A program made the position numbers and the translations under genes. DNA of 64,000 bases, from the NCBI GenBank assembly GCA_030606285.1, contig JAUWGS010000004.1, positions 9,713 through 73,712 of the forward strand, read 5' to 3'. Shown here piece by piece: positions 1 through 9,444 of this stretch. Positions within the stretch are counted from its first letter, which is position 1. Each line of letters begins with the position of its first letter. The stretch is from Planctomycetales bacterium (GTDB lineage: Bacteria; 4484-113). The notes beneath the pieces were generated by a model. That model searched no databases. It saw nothing but the letters and a program-made list of their open reading frames with translations, and had not been told where the DNA came from.

Positions 1-1336
1 AGAAATCGTCGGGCGTGCGCCGGAAGCGCGGTTTGCGGCCGGCTTCCACGGCGCGCAGCAATTCGTATATGTTGCCGCAGTCGCTGATGGTAAGCTCTTC
101 CCGCGCCAGCGCGTAGAGTTCGTCCGAAACTACATCCCGCAATGCCAGCAGGAACAGGCAGATGCAGCGCTCACAGGCCTGCGCGTAGAGCGGGCCGACG
201 CGGATGCGCGTGTCGGCGATGCGGGCAAAGATGGATCGTGCAAGTTCCTTCCCCCGGCGGTGGCGGCTGAGGGCTTCAGCGGTCTCGTCGGCGTCGACTC
301 CCATTACTTGCAGCACGTCGCCTGGCTGGTCGTGGCGCATGTGCGCGGCGCATAGCAGTTCGGTGCGCGGCAGCTCGGCGTGCCACAGGGAAGGAGCGGC
401 CCAAGCCTCGCCGGGGAAGTCGCCGGCGTACCAGCCGTGTGCCAGTGCCAGCAGGGGCTCATACTGCTCGTCGGCGCTTCCGCCAGTAGGCAATCCGGTC
501 GCGGAGGCGAGGAACGCGTGCACGGTGAAGGAATCAGGTGCGGAGTAGTTCTCCGGCGCAGTGGGCGGCAGGTCACGCGGGGTTAGCTTCCCCCCGCCCG
601 CGAAGTGCACCAGCGCTTTCGCTAGCGTGGCCTCGGGCGAGGATTCGCCTCCGAAGGCTTCCGGCGCATCCCGCACCATAGCGAACGCCGCGGCGGGGCC
701 TTCGATGAGGGCTTCTACGAATACGCGCGCGATATACAGCCTGCGGTCTCCACGCGCCCGGGCGCGTACTTCTTCAAACGCGCGCATAGCTTCTGTTATC
801 TCGCCAGCCGCCTGATGATGCAGCATCAGAAACGTGCCAGCGCGGATAGCGGAGTCGCGCAGCGAGTCCCGCTCGGCTTCCTGCTTCGTATGGCGGGATA
901 TGAGTTCCTCCAGGGCTTTCCGCTGCGCTCTTACTGCGGCCTGAGCTTCCTTGTAGCCCCCGGTGGAACGGGCCAGTGCAGCTTCGAGCGCCGCGCGCCG
1001 CTTCTCGTAATCCCGCAATTCCGGTGTGCGCACGGTGAAAAGCCCAAGGAGTTTGCTGGGCTCGGGCTGGGGCGTGTCACTTACGAATATTCTCAGGTCG
1101 GCATCGTCCCGTTCGCGGGGGCGCTTGGCCTTGTCCAGGCGGCCCTGTGCGATGCGCAGCTCTTCAGCTGCAACGCTGCGCGCCTTCAGAAGCTCGGTTG
1201 TTCGTACCGCTGCCAGGTCGCTGCGCCGGGCGAGTACCAAGTAGTCCTCCGGCTGCATTCCAGCGCCGTAGACGTGCGCCAGGACCGACCGCAGGAATCC
1301 TGCGTAATGCAGCCGTGGCGCGAGCGGCAGAGCCAT
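1..1336 (-). CDS. hypothetical protein, N-terminal 445 aa (C-terminus lies beyond the window edge)
   Basis: The reverse-strand frame, translated by hand, is open from the ATG (complement of 1334-1336) to position 2. It is absent from the ORF track because there is no stop in the window. The translation is protein-like (MALPLAPRLHYAGFLRSVLAHVYG...) with no family motif I recognise. The plus-strand ORFs here (204-1399) look like antisense artefacts. Confidence 0.55.
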   Translation of the reverse strand, partial: MALPLAPRLHYAGFLRSVLAHVYGAGMQPEDYLVLARRSDLAAVRTTELLKARSVAAEELRIAQGRLDKAKRPRERDDADLRIFVSDTPQPEPSKLLGLFTVRTPELRDYEKRRAALEAALARSTGGYKEAQAAVRAQRKALEELISRHTKQEAERDSLRDSAIRAGTFLMLHHQAAGEITEAMRAFEEVRARARGDRRLYIARVFVEALIEGPAAAFAMVRDAPEAFGGESSPEATLAKALVHFAGGGKLTPRDLPPTAPENYSAPDSFTVHAFLASATGLPTGGSADEQYEPLLALAHGWYAGDFPGEAWAAPSLWHAELPRTELLCAAHMRHDQPGDVLQVMGVDADETAEALSRHRRGKELARSIFARIADTRIRVGPLYAQACERCICLFLLALRDVVSDELYALAREELTISDCGNIYELLRAVEAGRKPRFRRTPDDF

Positions 1337-1343
1337 TGGGGAG

Positions 1344-1352
1344 ATTCTAGCA
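1344..1352 (-). promoter_or_regulatory. extended -10 box TGCTAGAAT, 7 nt upstream of the ATG at 1336 (leaderless-type promoter)
   Basis: The reverse complement of 1344-1352 reads TGCTAGAAT. Its spacing to the start codon leaves essentially no 5' UTR. Confidence 0.4.
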
Positions 1353-1380
1353 TCAGCGCGTTCAAGCAGCCGCTGTGCTG

Positions 1381-1389
1381 TGGTATTAT
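1381..1389 (+). promoter_or_regulatory. extended -10 box TGGTATTAT upstream of rsmG
   Basis: TGGTATTAT at 1381-1389, with an in-frame GTG at 1396 six nt downstream. It is divergent to the promoter at 1344-1352. Confidence 0.4.
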
Positions 1390-1395
1390 CGGGCT

Positions 1396-2046
1396 GTGAA
1401 TGCTTGCGAGGCCGGCACCACGCCCACCACAATCGACGTGGAATCCATCTGGAACGCGCTTGACGGTGCTGCTCGCGCACGGCTTGAACGCTACACGCAG
1501 CTAATCGTGTCCTACCGCGATGCAGCAAGGCTCACCGGCATTGATTCGCTCGCTGAGATTCGCGATGTGCTCGTGCGCGAGTCCCTGGCGCTGACGCCAT
1601 TTATCAGCGATCTGGCACCCGGTGAGGTTGCTGACCTGGGCTCAGGCGCGGGAGTGCCGGGGATTCCGCTGGCGGTGGCGCTGCCGGAGATCGGTTTCAC
1701 GCTGTATGAGCGTTCCGAGCGCAAGGCGAGCTTCCTGGAAATCGTCGTGAGTACTATCGGATTAGCCAACGTGAAGGTGATGGCGCGCGACCCTCTGGCG
1801 GAGCGGGAACCACGACGGTTTTCCTGCGTCACTATACGGTCGGTTGTGCCGGTGGACGGGCTGGCGGACATTGCCGAGAAGCTGCTGGCTCCCGGCGGGC
1901 GGCTGATGGGTTTCGTCTCGACGGAGACCGGGGAGCGGCTGGCTGAAGAGGTTGCGCCGACGCTGCGGGTTGAGCGTCTCGGTGCGTATCAAGGGGCTGG
2001 CGGGACGAGATTCGTGTATTCACTCGCTGTGGGGGAGCAGCGCTGA
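1396..2046 (+). CDS. rsmG: 16S rRNA (guanine527-N7)-methyltransferase RsmG (GidB)
   Basis: ORF 1375-2046. SAM-binding motif [14 protein letters not shown] and typical RsmG context directly upstream of parA. The start was moved to the in-frame GTG at 1396 because the -10 box lies inside the longest ORF, so the start is uncertain. Confidence 0.8.
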   Translation: MNACEAGTTPTTIDVESIWNALDGAARARLERYTQLIVSYRDAARLTGIDSLAEIRDVLVRESLALTPFISDLAPGEVADLGSGAGVPGIPLAVALPEIGFTLYERSERKASFLEIVVSTIGLANVKVMARDPLAEREPRRFSCVTIRSVVPVDGLADIAEKLLAPGGRLMGFVSTETGERLAEEVAPTLRVERLGAYQGAGGTRFVYSLAVGEQR

Positions 2047-2047
2047 T

Positions 2048-2827
2048 ATGACGGTAATCGCAGTGGCCAACGAGAAGGGCGGGGTGGGCAAGACTACGAC
2101 CTGCATCAACCTCGCCTCGGCGCTGGCGTCGCTGGGAAAGAACGTCCTACTCATCGACATGGATCCCCAGGCCCACGCGTCCAACGGCCTGGGGATACCC
2201 GAAAACGACCGGGCGTTCACCATCGCAGAGCTGATGATGGAGCAGTGCGATCCGGGTGAAGCGATACGCGTGACATCCCAACCCGAGCTGAGCGCTGTTC
2301 CCGCAGGACAGAAGCTTGTTGGCTTCGAGCTGTCGCCGCCGGCCGGCGCGGAGAGCCGCAATCTGCTCAAGCGTGTCACTGACGGTTGCCGGCGCAACTA
2401 CGACTTGATACTGCTGGACGCGCCGCCATCGCTGTCGCTGTTGACCATCAACTGCCTCGTCGCAGCAGATAGCCTGATAATCCCCGTGCAGGCCGAGTAC
2501 TTCGCCATGGCTGCGCTCGTGAGGATGGTGCAGCTGGTGGAGATGATGCGCCGCAACTACAATCCCGACCTGAAGGTGCTGGGCGTGCTGATAACGATGT
2601 TTGACCGTCGCACCCGCCTGGCGCACGAAGTCGAGAGCGAGATCCGGAACAACTTCCAGGGGCCGGTCTTCCGCACGCGCATACCACGAAGCGTTCGCGT
2701 CGCCGAGGCGCCATCGTTTGGTATGCCGGTATCACAGTACGCGGTGGGCTCACCTGCGGCGCTGGCGTACCAGTTGCTGGCGAGGGAAGTCGCGCAGGCC
2801 ATTAAAAGTGGACGCAGCGAAGCTTAA
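2048..2827 (+). CDS. parA: ParA/Soj-family chromosome partitioning ATPase
   Basis: [27 protein letters not shown] contains the deviant Walker A motif. The ATG at 2048 follows the rsmG stop (2044-2046) by 1 nt. The ORF-track start at 1952 is an upstream extension overlapping rsmG. Confidence 0.9.
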   Translation: MTVIAVANEKGGVGKTTTCINLASALASLGKNVLLIDMDPQAHASNGLGIPENDRAFTIAELMMEQCDPGEAIRVTSQPELSAVPAGQKLVGFELSPPAGAESRNLLKRVTDGCRRNYDLILLDAPPSLSLLTINCLVAADSLIIPVQAEYFAMAALVRMVQLVEMMRRNYNPDLKVLGVLITMFDRRTRLAHEVESEIRNNFQGPVFRTRIPRSVRVAEAPSFGMPVSQYAVGSPAALAYQLLAREVAQAIKSGRSEA

Positions 2828-2843
2828 TGAGTAGTCCGAGCTG

Positions 2844-3728
2844 CTAGCTCAGCCGACGGTCAAGTGCCCGTGCCAGAGCTCCGATATCGTTCATCATTGC
2901 GCTGAACTCGTCGGGCGACAGTGACTGAGCGCCGTCGGACAGCGCTTCTTCGGGATGCGGGTGAATTTCCACGATTACGCCGTCGGCTCCGACTGCCAGC
3001 GCTGCGCGAATCGCCGCAGGAATGAAGCGCGGTGTGCCCACAGAATGGCTGGGGTCGAGGATGACGGGCAGGTGGGTCGTGCTCTGGAGGATGGGCACTG
3101 CCATCACATCGAGCGTGTTGCGCTGGGAGGAGTCGAAGGTGCGGATGCCGCGTTCGCAGAGGATGACCTGCGGATTGCCAGCCTTCATTATGTACTCGGC
3201 CGCCATCAGCAGTTCGCGCAGAGTGTTGCCGAAGCCGCGCTTGAGCAGCACCGGTTTGCCGATTCCGCCCACGGCACGAAGCAGGGGGAAATTCTGCATG
3301 TTCCGGCTGCCGACCTGAACGATGTCCGCGACGGGCACCACCGCGCCAATGTCCTCGGTGCTCATCAGCTCGGTCACGCTGAGCACGCTGGTTTCTTTCT
3401 TGACGCGGGCGATGATGTCCAGCCCTTCCTGCCGGAGGCCGTCGAAGGAGTAGGGGGAGGTGCGGGGCTTGAACGCGCCGCCGCGCATGAGTTTCAGGCC
3501 ATGCTTGATAATGAGATGCGCGGTTTCGGAGTACTGCTCGTAGCTCTCGACCGCGCAGGGGCCTGCGATGAGGGTGAAGCCGCCGTCGCCCAGGCTTGCG
3601 CCTTTCAGTTCAATGAGCGTTTTTTGCCCGCCAGCGCTGCGGCCGGCGAGAGGGTAGGCGTCCGGGCTGAGCAGTTCTGCGAGCGGGAACTCCCGGTCTG
3701 CGGTTTCGCCCTGACTACGACTCATCAT
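2844..3728 (-). CDS. 3-deoxy-7-phosphoheptulonate (DAHP) synthase, type I-beta (KDO8PS-like) class
   Basis: GPCAVES, GGAFKPRTSPYSF, VGSRNMQNF and DPSHS motifs. It overlaps the aroB stop by 14 nt within an aro operon. Confidence 0.88.
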   Translation of the reverse strand: MMSRSQGETADREFPLAELLSPDAYPLAGRSAGGQKTLIELKGASLGDGGFTLIAGPCAVESYEQYSETAHLIIKHGLKLMRGGAFKPRTSPYSFDGLRQEGLDIIARVKKETSVLSVTELMSTEDIGAVVPVADIVQVGSRNMQNFPLLRAVGGIGKPVLLKRGFGNTLRELLMAAEYIMKAGNPQVILCERGIRTFDSSQRNTLDVMAVPILQSTTHLPVILDPSHSVGTPRFIPAAIRAALAVGADGVIVEIHPHPEEALSDGAQSLSPDEFSAMMNDIGALARALDRRLS

Positions 3729-4890
3729 CGTCGAGCGGCGATTCTACCGCAGGCGGTGGCTGCTGAAACACGCGCACGGCAGCCTCGGAGAACGTCTCCA
3801 TTTCTACCTGTGCCAGTTCCGCCTTGCCCGGAGCCAGTGGCAGGACAAACGTGCACTGGCCTCCGGTGACCTTCTTATCGATGCCCACTGAACCCCAGAG
3901 CAGGCGTGAAAGGTGTTTCGCGTCCTGCACCATCAGGGGTGTGAACGCGCAAGCTGTGAGCATTTCGTCAATGAGGGCAGGTGTGCGCTTGGCCAGCTTG
4001 CCCATGCCACGCGCAAGCTCCATCGCAACGAGGATCCCGTTGCCCACGGCGTTGCCGTGACTCATCCGGCCGCCGTAAACGGCTTCGAGGGCATATCCGG
4101 TTGTGTGGCCCAGGTTGAGGAGCGCGCGCTTGCCCCGGTCAAGCATATCGTCGCGCACGTACACTGACTTATTGCGTAAGGCTGCGAGGACCAGCCGGCT
4201 GGCGGCTTCCTGGTCGCCATCGAGCACCTTGGCCGCGTTGTGGGTGGCGGCGTCCAGATCACGCGTGCTCGACAGGAATGCCATTTTCACGGATTCTATC
4301 AGGCCGTCGCGCAGGTGCTCTTCCGTGAGTGTGGAGAGGAAGTCAAGACTCAGCAGCGTGAGCACGGGCAGATGGAATGTCCCAATCTGGTTCTTGCTGC
4401 CGAGGAAGTTGACGGCGGTCTTGCCCCCGAGTGTGGCGTCCACCATCGCAAGCAACGTTGTGGGGACATGCACGATCGGTAGGCCCCGGTGGTAAAGGCT
4501 CGCGATGAATCCGGCGGCATCGAGCAAAGCTCCCCCGCCAACCGCGATGATGTAGTGGTCGTTGCGGGTGGCGCGTAACTTCGACAGCGAGCGCAGCGTG
4601 GTCTCCGTCGTCGGCAGCGTCTTGGCTTTCTCGCCGACCGGCAGCAGTAGCATTGCGGCGTCCTTAAGGATGGGCGCTGATTCCAGCTGCTCCGCCCAAA
4701 GCGAGTGCACCCGCTTGTCGACGAGCACCACGGCCTGATGGTCGCTGAGCAACTTGGCAGCGGGAGAGGCTTGTGCCAGCGCCTTTGGCGTGAGCTTGGC
4801 CAGGTTGCAGAAGTGCACTTCCTGGGTGCTTTTCAGAGATGTGTTCACGCTCAGAGCGGATGTTGGTTTTGTGTTAGTTCTTGAAGACAT
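3715..4890 (-). CDS. aroB: 3-dehydroquinate synthase
   Basis: GGGALLDAAGF, VPTTLLAMVDATLGGKTAVN and NLGHTTGYALE motifs. Lies between aroK and the DAHP synthase gene. Confidence 0.9.
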   Translation of the reverse strand: MSSRTNTKPTSALSVNTSLKSTQEVHFCNLAKLTPKALAQASPAAKLLSDHQAVVLVDKRVHSLWAEQLESAPILKDAAMLLLPVGEKAKTLPTTETTLRSLSKLRATRNDHYIIAVGGGALLDAAGFIASLYHRGLPIVHVPTTLLAMVDATLGGKTAVNFLGSKNQIGTFHLPVLTLLSLDFLSTLTEEHLRDGLIESVKMAFLSSTRDLDAATHNAAKVLDGDQEAASRLVLAALRNKSVYVRDDMLDRGKRALLNLGHTTGYALEAVYGGRMSHGNAVGNGILVAMELARGMGKLAKRTPALIDEMLTACAFTPLMVQDAKHLSRLLWGSVGIDKKVTGGQCTFVLPLAPGKAELAQVEMETFSEAAVRVFQQPPPAVESPLDDDES

Positions 4891-5413
4891 GATTAATTAC
4901 CTTCGCAATTGTAGCAGGCGGATAATCGCCGGCACAGACTTCGACGTGTGCTTGACGGTAACGCGGCTCGCGATCGGCCAGTAGTCCTCTCAGTCCTTCC
5001 TTTCCATAACGCTCTACGAGTGGACGGTGCTTTCCGCTCTGCCTGATACGTTCGTACAACATCTCGAACGGCCATCGCAGATAGGCCGTGAACCCGAAGA
5101 CGTTGAGATCATTGAATACCCGGTCGTTCATTAGCGTGCCCCCGCCGGTGGCCACCACGAGATTGCGGAGCATTGCGAACTCCAACGCGATCTCCGCTTC
5201 CCATTCGCGGAAGCGATCCTCACCGTAGCGGGTAAAGACGGTTGCGATGCTCAAGCCGTGCCGGCGGACGACTTCTTCGTCCGTGTCTACCAGCTGGCGG
5301 TCCAGCATGAGCGCAAGTTCCCGGCCGACAGTGGTCTTGCCGGAACCCATAAAGCCCGCAAGGATTATGTTGCGGGCAGTGCCTGCATTCTCCGCTGGCT
5401 GAAGCATAGCCAA
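4874..5413 (-). CDS. aroK: shikimate kinase
   Basis: P-loop GFMGSGKTTVGRELA followed by DTDEEV. About 180 aa, overlapping the aroB start. Confidence 0.9.
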   Translation of the reverse strand: MAMLQPAENAGTARNIILAGFMGSGKTTVGRELALMLDRQLVDTDEEVVRRHGLSIATVFTRYGEDRFREWEAEIALEFAMLRNLVVATGGGTLMNDRVFNDLNVFGFTAYLRWPFEMLYERIRQSGKHRPLVERYGKEGLRGLLADREPRYRQAHVEVCAGDYPPATIAKVINHVFKN

Positions 5414-5510
5414 CGCATATTATATACGCTACGCCAATTTCCTGGAAGTCCTGGAAAGCAAAAACCAAGAAACGAGCCGGCACCCGTCGGGTAAGCGCGA
5501 GTCGCAGGCG

Positions 5511-6728
5511 TTAACTCTGGAACTCGCGGCGCTTCTCACAGAGCTCGAGTAGTCCATGGAACTGCTTCCGGCGGCTGGGATGCTTCAGTTTCTTGATCGC
5601 CTTCATCTCAATCTGCCGGATGCGTTCGCGGGTCACGTTGAATTGCCTGCCGACCTCTTCTAATGTTCTGGGGTGCCCGTCGTCAAGGCCGTAGCGCAAC
5701 CGGATGACCGCTTCCTCGCGCTTGGAGAGTGTCTGGAGTATTTTATCAATCTTCCCGCAGGTGAGGCCGAACAGAGTCTCACTCTCGGGATTGGGGACCT
5801 TCTTGTTCTCCTGGAAGTCCTGGAACTGGCTGTCCTTGTCGTTGCCAATGGGCTTCTCGAGGGATATCGGCTTCTGAGCCACGCGGAGGATGTCGCGCAC
5901 CTTGTCCTCTGATATCTCCAGTTCGCCAGCGATCTCCGGGTTGGTTGGCTCGCGCCCCTCGCGCTGCTGGATGATTTTGCTGGCCCGGGAGAGCTTGGTT
6001 ATCGTCTCCACCATATGCACCGGCTTGCGGATGAGTTCCGCCTGGTCTGCCAGCGCCCGGGAGATGGCCTGCCGAATCCACCATGTGGCGTACGTTGACA
6101 GCTTGAACCCGCGCTCCAGGTCGAACTTCTCGACTGCGCGGATCAGACCCATGTTTCCTTCCTGGATGAGGTCCAGAAAGCCCATACCCCGGTTCAGGTA
6201 TTTCTTTGCGATGCTGACGACAAGGCGAAGGTTGGCCTCTATCAGATGCTGTTTTGAGCCGTCTATGCCGTCGCGGTACTGCCTTGCGTAGTACTGCTCC
6301 TCCTCTCTGGTGAGCAGCGGGATCTGCCCGATGGTCTTGAGATACATCTTCACGGAATCGTCAAGCCGCATGGTCTCGGCCGCACCGATCTCTTCTTTTG
6401 TGAAGCCGCCGTCGGCCTGGAGCAATTCCCGGTGGTTGTCGATGACCTTGCCGGCTTCGTCTATAACCGGAATGTTCTTGCTCTGCAGGTCGTCGAGAAG
6501 CACTTCTATGTCCTCGTCGGTTAGCTGTTCGTCGCGCGCCACCAGGTCACCGAGCTCCTTGGTGGAGATCATACCCTTGCGGAACGCAATGTCGTATACC
6601 TGCTCGTAGATCTCCTCCGAGAAATGCGTATCGGTTTTCGGTTTGGGCCGCGCCTTGCGAATGTCAAAGGGGATCCTCGCAGGCGGTAACTTCTTGTTTG
6701 GTTTCGACTCAGTGGGTTTGGTTGCCAT
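5511..6728 (-). CDS. rpoD: primary RNA polymerase sigma-70 factor
   Basis: Region 2 reads [54 protein letters not shown]. Region 4 reads [20 protein letters not shown]. Confidence 0.95.
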   Translation of the reverse strand: MATKPTESKPNKKLPPARIPFDIRKARPKPKTDTHFSEEIYEQVYDIAFRKGMISTKELGDLVARDEQLTDEDIEVLLDDLQSKNIPVIDEAGKVIDNHRELLQADGGFTKEEIGAAETMRLDDSVKMYLKTIGQIPLLTREEEQYYARQYRDGIDGSKQHLIEANLRLVVSIAKKYLNRGMGFLDLIQEGNMGLIRAVEKFDLERGFKLSTYATWWIRQAISRALADQAELIRKPVHMVETITKLSRASKIIQQREGREPTNPEIAGELEISEDKVRDILRVAQKPISLEKPIGNDKDSQFQDFQENKKVPNPESETLFGLTCGKIDKILQTLSKREEAVIRLRYGLDDGHPRTLEEVGRQFNVTRERIRQIEMKAIKKLKHPSRRKQFHGLLELCEKRREFQS

Positions 6729-6955
6729 AGGCTGCCTTTTTATCTCCGCGACTCCGGGCGGACAGAATACGCCTGCCGCAAATGGCAGGCCTTAGAGTAT
6801 ACCCGCGAAATCGGGGCTTTTCAACATAATCCGCCGGATTGATTACCTTACACATTCACGGGTTATCGTCTTATTCCAATGGCTGAAGCCAGTATCGCAT
6901 GGATACAACCGCGTAGCGTTGCTCGGCGAGACATGCTAGCATTCCAGATGTACCA

Positions 6956-8113
6956 GTGAAGAAGTGGCACAAGCTGGCCGTTCTTATTCTCGTGCTGGCG
7001 GCGGCAGCGGCGGTATTGCTGACCGTCACCCGTCCGGAGCGCGCGGGTCGAGAAACGGCGTTGCAGCGCGAAACTACAGGCTACGACCCCGAAGTGCGGC
7101 GGTGGCTGCAATGTCTGGTGGAGCTGAAGTCGGACGGCATGGCATTGCTTGCCTGGGAGGAGCGGGAGGAGCTGAGAGCAATTGTAGGCCGGCCCGACCT
7201 GACGACCGACCAGCGCGCATCACTCGTCTTTTGGATGATCATCCGCCGCGTGATGGTGCCGGACACCGTATTAGACGCGCTGCTGACTGATGGTGAATTC
7301 CGGCGGCAGTCCGGTGACCGCTGGCTGTTTACTCTGGCGCGCATCTCGCTTTTCCGCGCGCAGCCGTATTCGCCGCACGAACAAACGGAACGGCGCTTAC
7401 TCGCGGCCGGAGAGCTGCTGGAGCGTGCCTGCGAGAAGAACGCTGGACCCGCCGTTTACTGGCTGTATCGTGCCGCAGTTCTGCATTACCTGCGGAACAT
7501 ACAGCGCCGAAGGGGCGATGAAACGGTCGCAGCCGAGACGTTAAGCGCAATTGTGATCACGGTTGACGCTTTCATCAAAGCCGACGAGAAGCGGATGCTG
7601 CTTCCGCCGCCCTACCTGGAATTCGCGGGAAGCGTCGCCGTGATGCCGCTCGAGCTGCCTATTGGCGACGGCTCCGATTTGCCCTGGGCGGCCCGGCTGC
7701 CGTTTGCACTACTCATCGGCTCGGACCTGCGCGAAGACCTGCGCCAGGACTCAGGGGATGGGCTCCCCTCGCAGAAGCTCACCCGGCTTCTGCGTTTCTA
7801 CCGGCAGATGCTATCGCTGGAGCCGCCAAACGCGCAGATGTTTGACTTCACCGCGGCCGAGCTTGTGGCATTTCTGGAGGAGGATGTTCCTGAAGTGACG
7901 CCGGAGTTTGCGCGTGAGATCACCGGTGAGACTGCTATTGCTGCACAGTTGCTGGAGGAGTTGCAGGATGTTCTGGGATACGCTGAGGCGAATCCCATTT
8001 ACGTGGGCACCGATCTGGCTATTTACCACGAGAACAGGCGGCTGGGCCTTCGCGGCGACTTCCGCGCTACGATAGACACGATACTGCGAAAACTCGCTGA
8101 GATGAAGGGGTAG
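6956..8113 (+). CDS. hypothetical membrane-anchored protein
   Basis: GTG start and an N-terminal hydrophobic helix (KLAVLILVLAAAAAVLLTV). No recognisable family motif. Confidence 0.6.
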   Translation: MKKWHKLAVLILVLAAAAAVLLTVTRPERAGRETALQRETTGYDPEVRRWLQCLVELKSDGMALLAWEEREELRAIVGRPDLTTDQRASLVFWMIIRRVMVPDTVLDALLTDGEFRRQSGDRWLFTLARISLFRAQPYSPHEQTERRLLAAGELLERACEKNAGPAVYWLYRAAVLHYLRNIQRRRGDETVAAETLSAIVITVDAFIKADEKRMLLPPPYLEFAGSVAVMPLELPIGDGSDLPWAARLPFALLIGSDLREDLRQDSGDGLPSQKLTRLLRFYRQMLSLEPPNAQMFDFTAAELVAFLEEDVPEVTPEFAREITGETAIAAQLLEELQDVLGYAEANPIYVGTDLAIYHENRRLGLRGDFRATIDTILRKLAEMKG

Positions 8114-8283
8114 AGCCGTCTGATGGTTGCGCGAATCGCGCTGCGCACGTGCTGTCTGGGGCGATGCGCGAGTTTATTGCGCAGCTAAAGCCGGAGGACT
8201 TGAATCCCGACGCTCCGCCCGCGCCGTGGTAGGGGCGGGTTCGCTCTGTAAGAGTACATATCGCTTCTATACCAGTTGCCGGT

Positions 8284-9192
8284 CTATCCTGTATCTTCCT
8301 CCGGCACGAGCACTAAGATTATACTATCCCGGATGCCGTTGGGATTGCCGTAGTCCATGACGCCGTGGTCGTTAAGCCCAAACGGCGAGACTTCGTTTTC
8401 GCCCGTCGGATCGGGGCCGAAGATATCGCGCCCCTTCGTGCGTATGCTTCCGTAACCGCCAAGCATGTAGTCCTGAACCTCCTCTGTAATTAACTGCTGG
8501 TCATCTTCGTCGCGGGTGGAAACAAGGACTGAGCGGCTGCGGTAGAAGAACTCGCCGGGGAGGAAGGGCCGGGGTTTGTTCGTTTCCCACATGTCGTAAA
8601 AGGAATAGCCAAAGTCAGCGTAGGTGCCGGGATAGCGATTATCCGCAATCACGCTGCCCATAAGTGTGCAGTTTGCGCCAAAGCGGGTGCCATGGAGCTT
8701 TGCTGATTCGGTGCCGTTTAGCAGCGGGTCTCCTTGCTCTTCCTGGAAGCGGTGAAACGCTGGGCCGTTGGTGGCGAATGGGTTTTTGGGATAAGCCCGA
8801 AGGTAGCCTTTGCGCAGCAAGGGATCAGCGAGAAGCGTCTGATCGGCGCAGTCTTCGATGTTGATGAAGGTATTTGCGCTCTCCTCCACGAAGACTGAGT
8901 GTCTTCCCTCCCCGCCGATTAGATATGGCGGGTAAGTGCCACCGGTGTCTATTGCGTACTGCTCTAGTGTGAGCTGAATGTCGTGGAGATTGCTCTTAAT
9001 CTCGGCCTCTTTGACCTTATCACGGTTTCCGTATCCACAGAGGGGTGGCCCTCCGATAGCCCAGAGCACGAATAGCACAAGAGCGATAATCACCCAGTCG
9101 GACCATCTGGGAGTGAGCCGCTTGGTCATGCATCCTTTACGGGTTTCGCCGACCGGGGTGTCTCCAGTACGCTCAGAATCTGTCTTTTCCAT
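8284..9192 (-). CDS. membrane-anchored pilin-like / pseudopilin-like hypothetical protein
   Basis: ORF 8284-9444 trimmed to the ATG at 9192, which has GGGGAG five nt upstream. A TM helix is followed by KVKEAEIKSNLHDIQLTLEQYAIDTGG, resembling the N-terminal helix of type IV pilin-like proteins. The canonical G/FTLIE prepilin cleavage motif is absent. Confidence 0.55.
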   Translation of the reverse strand: MEKTDSERTGDTPVGETRKGCMTKRLTPRWSDWVIIALVLFVLWAIGGPPLCGYGNRDKVKEAEIKSNLHDIQLTLEQYAIDTGGTYPPYLIGGEGRHSVFVEESANTFINIEDCADQTLLADPLLRKGYLRAYPKNPFATNGPAFHRFQEEQGDPLLNGTESAKLHGTRFGANCTLMGSVIADNRYPGTYADFGYSFYDMWETNKPRPFLPGEFFYRSRSVLVSTRDEDDQQLITEEVQDYMLGGYGSIRTKGRDIFGPDPTGENEVSPFGLNDHGVMDYGNPNGIRDSIILVLVPEEDTG

Positions 9193-9444
9193 ATCGTCTC
9201 CCCAAATTAGTTGTGCGACAGCTATACATGAATGTTCGCGGGAAGCCGGCTGGCTTATGTTCCCCTCGGGCGCTCGTCGCGCCCCCTGCAATGATAGACC
9301 AGCGTGCGGCGGTTTGGTTCCGGATTCGGGGCGGAGTCCACCGACTATCCGGTAAAACACGCTATAATCGTGCGACTTCATCGCGCCGGGGCGCGAGACT
9401 GATAAAACGTCAGTGTTTCTGCATTTACTGATGGAGGATGGCAA

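Noticed and set aside
204-1399. Plus-strand ORFs at the left edge (204-548, 561-815, 815-1399 and others).
   Set aside because: Their translations are Arg/Ala/Ser-rich and low in complexity. They lie antisense to a continuous, protein-like reverse-strand frame that runs from 1336 to the window edge.
1337-2047. A replication origin near rsmG-parA.
   Set aside because: I found no cluster of DnaA boxes (TTATCCACA-like) or AT-rich unwinding element in the short intergenic regions here.
2955-3869. Long antisense or alternative-frame ORFs inside well-supported genes. Examples: 2955-3869, 9700-10374, 10765-11919, 14849-15688, 20130-20705, 21496-22506, 30608-31504, 32062-32937, 38423-39415, 40870-41604, 43463-44326, 46538-47248, 50490-51383, 51819-52910, 55789-56505, 57585-58652, 59592-60242, 59887-60720 and 60522-61550.
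   Set aside because: Each overlaps a gene with clear family motifs on the other strand or frame. Their translations are R/A/G/P-rich with no motifs, which is the typical GC-rich shadow-ORF artefact.
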